From the human T2T-CHM13v2.0 reference genome, Homo sapiens: DNA of 64,000 nt. The notes beneath the pieces are model-generated. The model worked only from the letters and a program-made list of their open reading frames with translations, was not told the DNA's origin and ran no database searches. The stretch is taken from contig CP086569.2 of NCBI GenBank assembly GCA_009914755.4, forward strand, positions 23,680,001-23,744,000. Direction: 5' to 3'. The position numbers were made by a program, and so were the translations under genes. Within the stretch, counting starts at the first letter, position 1, and every line of letters begins with the position of its first letter. Below, in pieces: positions 50,266-60,894 of this stretch.

Positions 50266-53200
50266 ATGTTGACACCATTGAATGTGAGCTGGGTTTGTAT
50301 ATGAGAGTCACAATTTTCCATGTTTCCTGGGCTGTTGTATGACACTCTACAACATTTTAAGGGTTTATACAGCACGTGTGAGAGTGGCAAACCACTCTGA
50401 CCCCTACATGGTAGTATAGATTCACGATCTTAACATATTGCCCTAAACCCAAGTTTTATAGTCAACATCTCTTCTGCAGGCTGGGTTAAGGAATGAGATC
50501 CATTGTCATGCCTGTGAGCTAGATGTAAAAATGAGTCGCTATCCCATCTGTGGTCAGATCCACATAGGAAGGTCAAAATTCCAACTTTCTACTGTATTTA
50601 CTTTTTAGACTCAGGACCTTAACAGTGGGCTTTGGCCATGTGGGATGGAAACATTTACTTTCACTTGGGTGCATAACCAAGAATCCCAATCTGAACATTT
50701 TGCTGGTTCTTGTCTTGAAACTCTCTGTACCACCCAAGGAGGTTATACACTATGAGTTAGTGCTGTAAAGCTCTGTGAGCTTCATACAAATATGCAACCC
50801 AGGGCCTTACCCATTGCCCAAAGCCTAGTGATGAGAGGCAAAATATCTCCTATTGGCTGACTCCAATATAAGTCTGATCACCAGGCCTGTGATCTCAACT
50901 AAGGCATATGTTGAGATCAAGGTATATGTCAGAGTCCCATTTGTGGGCAAAATGTATGCAGGAGGGTAACATCTCTTTGGTGCTGTGCCAAGCAACTTGT
51001 CACTATGTCCTCCCTTGCTTGGCAGGGTATAGGAATTAGAGTCATATTAAATTGGTGCTGGACTGAGCAAAACAAAACCATCCTACCTGTGGAAGAAACC
51101 CAGGCAAAAGATATCAGAACACCCACATGATGGGCCCAGGATGTGTCAAAATACCTTCTGTGGCTCCAGGACAGTCATGAGTCATGAGATAATGTCCTGC
51201 TCTCAACAGGAAATTATCAGAGTTTTGGCCCCAGCAATATGCCATACTTCTATCTGTATGCAGGACCCAGGCAAAAGAGAAACATCGCCTGGGTGCTGGA
51301 CCTTGCAATAGGCCAAAAATTCGGGTGGTGGGAATGGTTCCAGAAAATAAGGAGTGACAAATAACCTGACTTCTGACCTCTACGATATGTCACAATCCCT
51401 TCTTGTAAAGACCAGGCAGAAGCTGAAAGTCACTTCACTTCAGTCTTGGGCTCAGAGATACATCCCAGTGTCCTCATTATGAAGGGCCCACAAAGAAAAG
51501 TCATATCAACTAGGTGCTTCCCTAGTTATATGTCACAATCTAACATGTGGGCAGAAACCAGGCAGCAGAGCCACACCACCTGGGTACAGCCTCAAGTAAT
51601 ATGTCACTATGCCCAATGTAGACAGTTTACAGTAAAAAAAGAAAATCACACCACCTGGGTGCTGGGCTCAGCAATATGTAATAATTTCCTTTCTTGGTAG
51701 AGTTCAGGACAAAGAGAACATTAATGTCACCTAGGTTTTGCACTCAGTGGTATGTCACAATTTCTTCAGTGGGCAGGATCTGGCCAGGAGAGCAGAGACA
51801 CATTACCTAGATGCTGTATCTAACAATATGACACAGCTGGATATGGGAAGGCCATTGGCAAGAGAGATATATTACCTAGTCAATAGGCCCAGAGATATGT
51901 GAAAATATCCACTGTTTGCAGTTCCCAGGCAGAAAAGTCACATTATTATGATTCTGAACCATTTCTGAACCATGTAGCATTATGGCTCTGAACCATTTCT
52001 GAACCATGTAACATTATTATGATTCTGAACCATTTCTGAACCGTGTAAGAATGCCCTTCTGGAAAAGAATTTATTTTTATTGTTTTTATTTTTATTATTA
52101 TACTTTAAGTTCTAGGGTACATGTGCACAATGTGCAGGTTAGTTACATATGTCTACATGTGCCATGTTGGTGTGCTGCACCCATTAACTCATCATTTGCA
52201 TTAGGTATATCTCCTAATGCTATCCCTCCCCTCTCCCCCTACTCTATGACAGGCCCCAGTGTGTGATGTTCCCCACCCTGTGTCCAAGTGTTCTCATTGT
52301 TCAATTCCCACCTATGAGTGAAAATATGCTGTGTCTGCTTTTCTGTCCTTGTGATAGTTTGCTGAGAATGATGGTTTCCAGCTTCATCCATGTCCCTACA
52401 AAGGACATGAACTCATCCTTTTTAATGTCAGCATAGTATTCCATGGCATATATGTGCTACATTTTCTTAATCCAGCCTGTCATTGATGGACATTTGGTTG
52501 GTTCCAAGTCTTTGCTATTATCGGTAGTGCCACACTAAACATATCTGTGCATGTGTCTTTATAGCAGCATGATTTATAGTCCTTTGGGTATATGCCCAGT
52601 AACGGAATGGCTGAGTCACATGGCATTTCTTGTTCTACATCCTTGAGGTACTGCCAAACTGTCTTCCACAATGGCTGAACTAGTTTATGTCCCACCAACA
52701 GTGTAAGAAACTCTGATGACAGCTTCTTTTGCTGTGCAGAAGCTCTTTCATTTAATTAGCTCCTATTTGTCAATTTTGGCTTTTGTTGCCATTACTGTTG
52801 GTGTTTTAGTCATGAATCCTTGCCCATGCCTATGGCTTGAATGGTATTGCCTAAGTTTTCTTCTAGGGTTTTTATGGTTTTAGGTCTAACATTTAAGTCT
52901 TTAATCCATCTTGAATTAATTTTTGTATAAGGTGTAAAGAAGAGATCCAGTTTCAGCTTTCTACATATGGTTAGCCAGTTTTCCCAGCACCATTTATTAA
53001 ATAGGTAATCCTTTCCCCATTTCTTGTTTTTGTTAGGTTTGTCACAGATCAGATGGTTGTTGATGTGTGGCATTATTTTTGAGGGCCCTATTCTGTTCCA
53101 TTGGTCTATATCTCTGTTTTTGTACCAATACCAAGCTGTTTTGGTTGCTGTAGCCTTGTAGTGTAATTTGAAGTCAGGTAGCATGATGCTTCCAGCTTTG

Positions 53201-56200
53201 TTCTTTTGGCTTAGAATTGTCTTGGCAATGCAGGATCTTTTTTGGTTCCATATGAACTTTAAAGTAGGTTTTTCCAGTTCTGTGAAGAAAGTCATTGGTA
53301 GCTTGATGGAGATGGCATTGAATCTATGAGTCACCTTGGGCAGTATGGCCATTTTCCACAATATTGATTCTTCCTATCCATGAGCATGGAATATTCTTCC
53401 ATTTGTTCATGTCCTCTTTCATTTTGTTTAGCAGTGGTTTGTAGTTCTCCTTGAAGAGGTCCTTCACATCCCTTGTAAGTTGGATTCCTAGGCATTTTAT
53501 TCTCTTTGAAGCAATTGTGAATGGGAGTTCACTCATGATTTGGCTCTCTGTTTGTTATTGGTGTATAGGTCTGCTTGTGATTTTTGCACATTGCTTTTGT
53601 ATCCTGAGACTTTGCTGAAGTTGCTTATCAGCTTAAGGAGATTTTGGGCTGAGACGATGGGGTTTTCTAAATATACAATCATGTCATTTGCAAACAGGGA
53701 CAATTTGAGTTCCTCTTTTACTAATTGAATACCTTTATTTATTTCTCTTGCCTGATTGCCCTGGCCAGAACTTCCAACATTATGTTGAATGGGAGTGGTG
53801 AGAGAGGCCATCCCTGTCTTGTGCCAGTTTTCAAAGGGAATGCATCCATTTTTTGCCCATTCAGTATGATATTAGCTGTGGGTTTGTCATAAATAGCTCT
53901 TATTATTTTGAGATATGTCCCATCAATACCTAATTTATTGAGAGTTTTTAGCATGAAGTGCTGTTCTGTTTATATGATGGATAATGTTTATTTATTGGTG
54001 TATATTGAACCAGCCTTACTTCCAAAGGATGAAGCCGATTTGATCATGATGGATAAACTTTTTGATGTGCTGCAGTATTTTATTGAGGATTTTTGCATCG
54101 ATGTTTATCAGGGATATTGGTCTAAAATTATTTTTTGTTTTTCTGTCTTTGCCAGGCTTTGATATCAGTATGTTGTTGGCCTCATAAAATGAATTAGGGA
54201 GGATTCCCTCTTTTTCTGTTGATTGGAATAGTTTCAGAAGGAATTGTATCAGCTTTTCTTTGTACCTATGGTAGAATTTGGCTGTGAATCCATCTGGTCC
54301 TGGACTTTTTTTGGTTGATAGGCTATTGATTGCTGCCTCAATTTCAGAGTCTGTTATTGTTCTATTCAGAGATTCAACTCCTTCCTGGTTTAGTCTTGGG
54401 AGGGAGTGTGTGTCAAGGAATTTATCCATTTTTTCTAGATTTTCTAGTTTATTTGCCTAGAGGTGTTTCTAGTAGTCTCTGATGGTAGTTTCTATTTCTG
54501 TGGGATCAGTCATGATCTCCCCTTTGTCATTTTTATTGTGTCTCTTTGATTCTTCTCTCTTTTCTTCGTTATTAGTCTTGCTAGCAGTCTATCAATTTTG
54601 TTGATCTTTCCAAAGAACCAGCTCCTGGATTCACTGATTTTTTGAAGGGTTTTTTTGTGTCTCTAACTCCTTCAGTTCTGCTCTGATCTTAGTTATTTCT
54701 TACCTACTGCTAACTTTTGAATGTGTTTGCTTTTGCTTCTCTAGTTCTTTTAACTGTGATGTTAGGCTGTCGATTTTTGATCTTTTCTGCTTTCTCTTGT
54801 GGGCATTTAGTGCTATAAATTTCCCTCTACACACTGCCTTAAATGTATCCCCAAGATTCTGGTATGTTGTGTCTTTGTTCTCACTGGTTTCAAAGAACAT
54901 TTCATTTCTGCCTTCATTTCGTTATGTACCCAGTAGTCATTCATAAGCAGGTTGTTCAGTTTCCATGTAGTTGAGCGGTTTTGAGTGAGTTTCTTAATCT
55001 TGACTTCTTGCTTGATTGCACTGTGGTCTGAGAGACAGTTGGTTATAATTTGTGTTCTTTTACATTTGCTGAGGAGTGCTTTACTTAAAACTGTGTGGTC
55101 AATTTTGGATTAAGTTTGATGTGGTGCTGAGAAGAATATATATCTGTTGATTTGGAGTGGAGAGTTCTGTAGATGTCTATTAGGTCCACTTGGTGCAGAG
55201 CTAAGTTCTATTCCTAGATATCCTTTTAACTTTCTGTCTCGATCTGTTTAATGTTGATAGTGGGGTGTTAAGGTCTCCCATTATTACTGTGTGGGAGTCT
55301 AAGTATGTTTGTAGGTTTCTAAGGACTTGCTTTATGAATCCGACTGCTCCTGTATTTGATGCATATATATTTAGTAAAGTTAGCTCTTCTTATTGAATTG
55401 ATCCCTTTACCGTTATGTATTGGTCGTCTTTGTCTCTTTTGATCTTTGTTGGTTTAAAGTCTGTTTTATCAGAAACTAGGATTGCAACCCCTGTTTTTGT
55501 TTTTGTTTTCTTTTTCTTTTTTTTTCATTTGCTTGGTAAATCTTTCTCCATCCCTTTATTTTGAGCCTATGTGTGTCACTGCACGTCAGATGGGTCTCCT
55601 GAATACAGCACACTGATGGGTCTTGACTCTTTATCCAATTTGCCAGTCTGTGTCTTTTAATTGGAACATTTACCCCATTTACACTTAAGGTTAATATTGT
55701 TATGTGTGAATTTGATCCTGTCATTATGATGTTAGCTTGTTATTTTGCTCATTAGTTGATGCAGTTTCTTTGTAGCATTGATGGTCTTTACAATTTGACA
55801 TGTTTTTGCAGTGGCTTGTACCAGTTGTTCCTTTCCATGTTTAGTGCTTCCTTCAGGAACTCTTGTAAGGCAGACCTGGTGGTGACAAAATTTCTCAGCA
55901 TTTGTTTGTCTGTAAAGGATTTCATTTCTCCTTCACTTATGAAGCTTTATTTGGCTGGATATGAAATTCTGGGTTGAATATTATTTTCCTTAAGGATGTT
56001 GAATATTAGCCCCCACTATCTTCTGGCTTGTAGAGTTTCTGCCAATAGATCCACTGTTAGTCGGATGGGCTTGCCTTTCTGGGTAACCTGACCTTTCCTT
56101 TGGCTCCCTTAACATTTTTTCCTTCATTTCAACTCTGGTGAATCTGACAATTATTTGTCTTGTTGTTGCTCTCCTCGAGGAGTATCTTTTAGGCATTCTC

Positions 56201-57876
56201 TGTATGTTTTTGAATTTTAATGTTGGTCTGCCTCACTACATTGGGGAAATTCTCCTGGATAATATCCTGCAGAGTGTTTTCCAACTTGGCTCCATTCTCC
56301 CCATCTCTTTCAGGTACACCAATCAGATGTATATTTGGTCTTTTCATGTAGTGCCATATTTCTTGGAGGCTTTGTTCATTTCTTTTTACTCTTTTTTCTC
56401 TAAACATCTCTTCTTGCTTTATTTCATTCATTTGATCTTCAATCACTGATATCCTTTCTTCCACTTGACAGAATTGGCTACTGAAGCTTGTACATGCATC
56501 ACATAGTTTTCATGTCATGGTTTTCAGCTCCATCAGGTCATTTAGGGACGTCTCTACACTGTTTATTTTAGTAGACATACATCTAATCTTTTTTTCAAAG
56601 TTTTTAGCTTCTTTGCGATGGGTTCGAACATCCTCCTTTAGCTCAGAGAAATTTGTTATTACCAATCATCTGAAGCCTTCTTCTCTTGACTCGTCAAAGT
56701 CATTCTCCATCCTGCTTTGTTCCATTGCTGGTGAGGAACTGCATTCCTTTGGAGGAGAACAGGCACTCTGATTTCTAGAATTTTCAGCTATTCTGCTCTG
56801 GTGTCTCCCCATCTTTGTGGTTTTATCTACTTTTGTTCTTCGATGCTGATGTATAGATGGGGTTTTTGTGTGGATGTCCTTTCTGTTTGTTAATTTTCCT
56901 TCTAACAATTAGGACCCTCAGTTGCAGGACTGTTGGAGTTTTCTGGAGGCCCACTCCACACCCTGTTTGCCTTGGTATCACCAGCAGAAGCTGCAGAACA
57001 GCAAATATTGCCGAACAGCAAGTATTGCTGCCTGATCATTCCTCTGGAAGCTTCAACTCAGAGGGGCACCCAGTTGTGTGAGGTGTCAGGTGGCCCCTAC
57101 TGGGAGGTGTCTTCCACTTAGGCTACTCGGGGTTCAGGTACCAGTCTGTCCATTCTCAAATCTCAAACTCTGTGCTGGGAGAACCACTACTCTCTTCAAA
57201 GCTGTCAGACAACAATGTTTAAGTCTGCAGAAGTTTCTGCTACCTTTTGTTCATCTATGCCCTGCCCCCAGGGGTGGAGTCTACATAGGCAGGCAGGCCT
57301 CCTTGAGGTGAGGTGGGATCCACCCAGTCCAAGCTTCCTTGCCACTTTGTTTACCTAGTGAATCCTCAGTAATGGCAGATCACCCTCCCCCAGCATTGTT
57401 ACCACCTTGCAGCTCAATCTCAGACTGCTATGCTAGCAGTGAGTGAGGCTCCATGGGCAGGGGACCCTCTGAGCCAGGCACGGGATGTAATCCCCTGGTG
57501 TGCCATTTGCTAAGGCCAGTGGAAAAATGTAGTTTTAGGGTGGGCATGACCCAATTTTCTGGGTACCATCAGTCACGGCTTCCCTTTGCTGGGAAAGGGA
57601 ATTCCCCAATCCCTTGCATTTCCCAGGTGAGGCAATGCCCCTCCCTGCTCTGTGGGCTGCACCCACTGTCTGACAAGCCCCAGTGAGATGAACTTAGTAC
57701 CTCAGTTGGAAATGCAGAAGTCACCCACCTTCTGCATTCCTCACACTGGTAGCTGCAGACTGGAGCTGTTCCTATTCTGCCATCTTGGAAGCTCCTCCCT
57801 GGAAAAGAATTTAAACCAAAAAGTCTCAACACTGGGGTGCCAGGTGAAGGATATGACACAGTCTCCTCAACTATAA
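50266..57876. repeat. Higher-order repeat copy 4. Only ~1.87 kb of native sequence (A block plus ~14 basic units), lacking B, D and C, and split by the 5.7-kb L1 insertion
   Basis: A at 50266. Native sequence runs to 52073 and resumes at 57799. The 80 bp after the L1 (…aaccaaaaagtctcaacactggggtgccaggtgaaggatatgacacagtctcctcaactataa) is the pre-A segment seen at 32590, 37600 and 42440. Confidence 0.65.
52074..57798 (-). mobile_element. Full-length older L1 (L1PA-type; 5' end gggaggagcttccaagatggcagaatag), 5.7 kb, inserted in the satellite with a ~15-bp TSD (C)TGGAAAAGAATTTA at 52059-52073 and 57799-57813. ORFs heavily degraded
   Basis: 3' end in antisense at 52074-52200 (t-rich tail, then ctttaagttctagggtacatgtgcacaatgtgcaggttagttacatatg). 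5' end in antisense at 57770-57798 (ctattctgccatcttggaagctcctccc). Minus-strand ORF fragments 52810-53361, 53533-53811, 53739-53954, 54016-54429, 55476-55724 and 56189-56464 are ORF2 and ORF1 pieces. Uninserted HOR copies carry the undisrupted target c(c/a)tggaaa(g/a)(a/c)aatt..agccaaaa at 32570, 37575 and 42415. Confidence 0.9.
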
Positions 57877-60800
57877 GGGTGACACCATTAACTATTACCT
57901 AGTTGTGTATATGTCAGTCACAAACTCACATGGGTGCTGGCCATAGTATGACACTCTATACAACATCTGAGAACTTTATATAACATGCATGAGAGTTGAA
58001 ACCTCACTGAGGCCTACATGCTTATATGGACTCACGATCTTACATATTGCACTAAACTCAGATATGACAGTCAACATCTCTCTTATATGCTGGCTTCAAG
58101 GATGACAGCATTATTGGGTTTGTGAGCTGGGTCCAGAACTGAGTGACCATCCCACCTGTGGCCAGATTCTTTGATAAAAATTACAATTTCATCTTTGTGC
58201 TGTGTTTACTTATTAGATTGAGGACCTCAACAATGAACGTTGTAAACGCAGGATGGTAATAACTTTTACTTTCACATGAACGTGTTGTGTAAAATCATGA
58301 TACTAACATTTTTCTGGACCCTGTTATAAAATTCTCTACCACCTAAAAAGTTTTTGTGAGATGAGTTATTGTTGTAAAATTCTGTGAGCTTGTTCACATA
58401 TGCAATTAAAGGCTTTACCTACTGACTTAAACCTAGTCATGAAAGGCAAAACGTCTCGTACTGGCTGAATCCCAATAGAAGCATGATCATCATGCTTTTG
58501 AACTGAAGAAAGGTATATGTTATAATCAAATTTGTGGGCAAAAAAAATCGGCAGGAGGTTGATATCACTTAGGTGTTGTGGCAAGAAGTATGACACAATG
58601 CCTTGTCTATGCAGGTCTTAGGAAAGAGGGTCACAATAATTGGGCTCTGGAGCCAGCAATATAACACAACTTCACATAGAAGAAACCCAGCAAAATAAGG
58701 AGACTCAAAACACCTATGGAAATGGGCCAAAGGTATATCAAAATACCTGCTCTGGCTCTGGCACAGGCTGGAGAGTCACATCATTAGTGTGCTAGGCCCA
58801 GAAATATGCTGAAATTCCCTCTTTATGCACGACCTAGGAATAAGTGTAACAGAATCCAGGTGTGGGGCCCTGAACTACAGCAAAAGTCCTGTTTGTAGGC
58901 AATTTTTGGCAACATGATGAGAGTCACATTACCTAATTGCTGGGCTCATCAACACATCACAATCTTCTCATTGTAAAGGCTTAGACAGAATAAGAGACTC
59001 ACATCACTTAGGTCATGGGCTCAAAGATATGGCCCAATGCCACAAGTAGGCAATACTCAGGCAGAAATAAAGAGTCATAACACCTAGATGCTTTTTCAGG
59101 TATATGTCACAATTTCACCTGTGTCCAGTCCTTCCATCCAGTCCTTTCTGTCAGCTGGGTGTGCATACAAGACTCACAATTTCAGCTGTGTGCTGAGCCC
59201 TGCTTTGACTCTGTCTGTATAACCCAAAGACTTTGGAAAATACATGTGAATGTTGTAATCTTTTGTGACCTTTGTAGAAGAAGGCGATACAGGACATCAT
59301 GCATGTCCCTAAATCTAGTTATAAGTGTCAAAATATTCTCTATAGGCTGAGTACACATATGAGAGTCATTATCACTCCTGTGAGTCATGCCTAGGTATCT
59401 GTTACAATATTCTCTGTGGTTATAAAGCAGGAAGAATAGTCATATCACCTAAATGCTGGACTGTACATATTCCAATATTCTCTTTGTAGGCAGGGTCCTG
59501 TCAGAAATCTCACATAATTTCTGTGCTAAATCCAGCTCTGTGGCACAATGTCCCTTGTGGGTAGTGTCCAGACAGAAGAGGAGAGTCATATCACCTAAAT
59601 GTTGGCCCCAAAAATATGTCACAATGACTAATGTTGACAGGGCCCAGAAAAACGAGTCATATCATTTGGATATAGTGTTTAGAAATGCTACAATTACCAA
59701 AGCGAGCTGGGTACAGGCAGGAGAGGGGAGTCATGTAACCTAGGTGATGTGTCCAGAAATATGTTACAATATCCCCTGAGGACATTGTTAAGACAGCAAG
59801 AGTCAAATCACCAAGGTGCTTGGCCCAGGCATTTGACAAAACCTCATTTGTGGGTGATACCTAGGCAGAATTATTAAATCACTCAGGAGCAGTGCAAAGG
59901 TTTATGTCATGATTACACTTGCGGAAACGTTTAAGAATAAGAATAACTCTCCTGAACATATCCTGGCTTCAGGTATATAAGCTGTTACTAGGCTTTTGTT
60001 ATGGTTTCAGGTATATGGCACAATATCACCTCTGGTCAGAGAGAATGCAAGAAAGTCACATCACATAAGTGGCTGTGGCTCCAGTGAGATATCACAATCC
60101 ACCTTGTGGACAGGACCTTTGCAGAAGAGTCACATCACCTGGATGCTGGTTTCAGTGACAAAAACCTCCTTGTAAACATGACTTTGGAAATAGAGGAGAC
60201 TCAATTAACCTAGGCAATTGGCCTAGACATATGTCACAATGGCCCTTATGTACAGTGCCAAGGCTGGAGAGTTACCTTACGTTGGTCAGTGGGTTTGGCA
60301 ATATGTCACAATCTCCCTGTGGCTGGGGCACAGGCAAAAGTGAAGAAACATCACCTTAGGTTCTGAGCCAAGTGATACGTTACAAGGTTTCCTGTTGACA
60401 GAATGCAAAAAGGAGAATCCCATCCCCTGGATGAAGTTCCCAGTTATGTGACACAATGCACTGTAACTGCAGGGCCAAGGCAGTACAAGGGAGTCACATC
60501 ACTTACCTGATGGACCTAGATATAGAACACAATTGTCTTTGTAAGCAGGCTTCAGGCAGATAATTCACATGACCTGGGTGATGGTCTCAGTAATATATTA
60601 AAGTGACCTTTGTAGGCAGAGTCAAGGAAGATATCATATATTGCTTTCATGTTTGTTCCACATATGGCACAATTTCATCTGTGGTCTGAGCCTAGAAAAG
60701 AGAGTCCCGCTATTTATGTGCTGGGCAAAGTTACCTGTCCCAATCACATGCTAAGAAAGGTTTGGAAATAATTTCACATCACACACAAGTCCTGGTTTCA

Positions 60801-60890
60801 CATATGTGAATCAATCCTATTTATGTTAGGCTAAACTAGAGGACTCACAATCTCAACAGTGGACAGGATCCATGTATAAGAGCTCCGATA
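57877..60890. repeat. Higher-order repeat copy 5 (3.0 kb, truncated at the orientation switch)
   Basis: Landmarks at 57877 (A), 59140 (B) and 60780 (D). The ggatccatgtataagag segment that elsewhere continues into cccacttgaagatggtg is cut at ~60890 and joined to the opposite-orientation block. Confidence 0.65.
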
Positions 60891-60894
60891 ACAT

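Larger units (their letters stand above)
32290..60890. repeat. Satellite array. Basic period ~71 bp (60-80). Higher-order organisation of ~4.8 kb. Orientation opposite to the 400-770 and 60895-64000 blocks. Interrupted by an Alu (36261-36537), a solo LTR5 (48725-49692) and a full-length L1 (52074-57798)
   Basis: The unit recurs with high similarity: gagagtcacatcacctgggtgctgggcccagcaatatgtcacaatgccctc...ggcagggcccaggcagaagag. The spacing of the atatgtcacaat cores is 59-79 bp, for example 45706, 45765, 45840, 45905, 45978, 46045, 46118, 46190, 46262. Four kinds of diverged landmark block recur in the same order: A, the gggtgacac...cccaatataagtttga ~730-bp block at 32643, 37645, 42488, 50266 and 57877; B, gtccttactgtcagctgggtgtgcatac at 34900, 39740, 46510 and 59140; D, cacaagtcctggtttt..gtgagtcaac at 36690, 41350, 48160 and 60780; C, gagaatgacaatcatg.cagctgggtgtg at 37000, 41630 and 48460. 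Confidence 0.9.

Noticed and set aside
32290-60890. Regular short repeats that could be read as a CRISPR array (the prompt hints at an undescribed system)
   Set aside because: The units are ~71 bp and directly abutting, with no unique spacers, and they show satellite-style gradual divergence. The surrounding sequence is unmistakably primate (Alu, L1, HERV-K LTR). There are no cas-like ORFs. It is a eukaryotic satellite.
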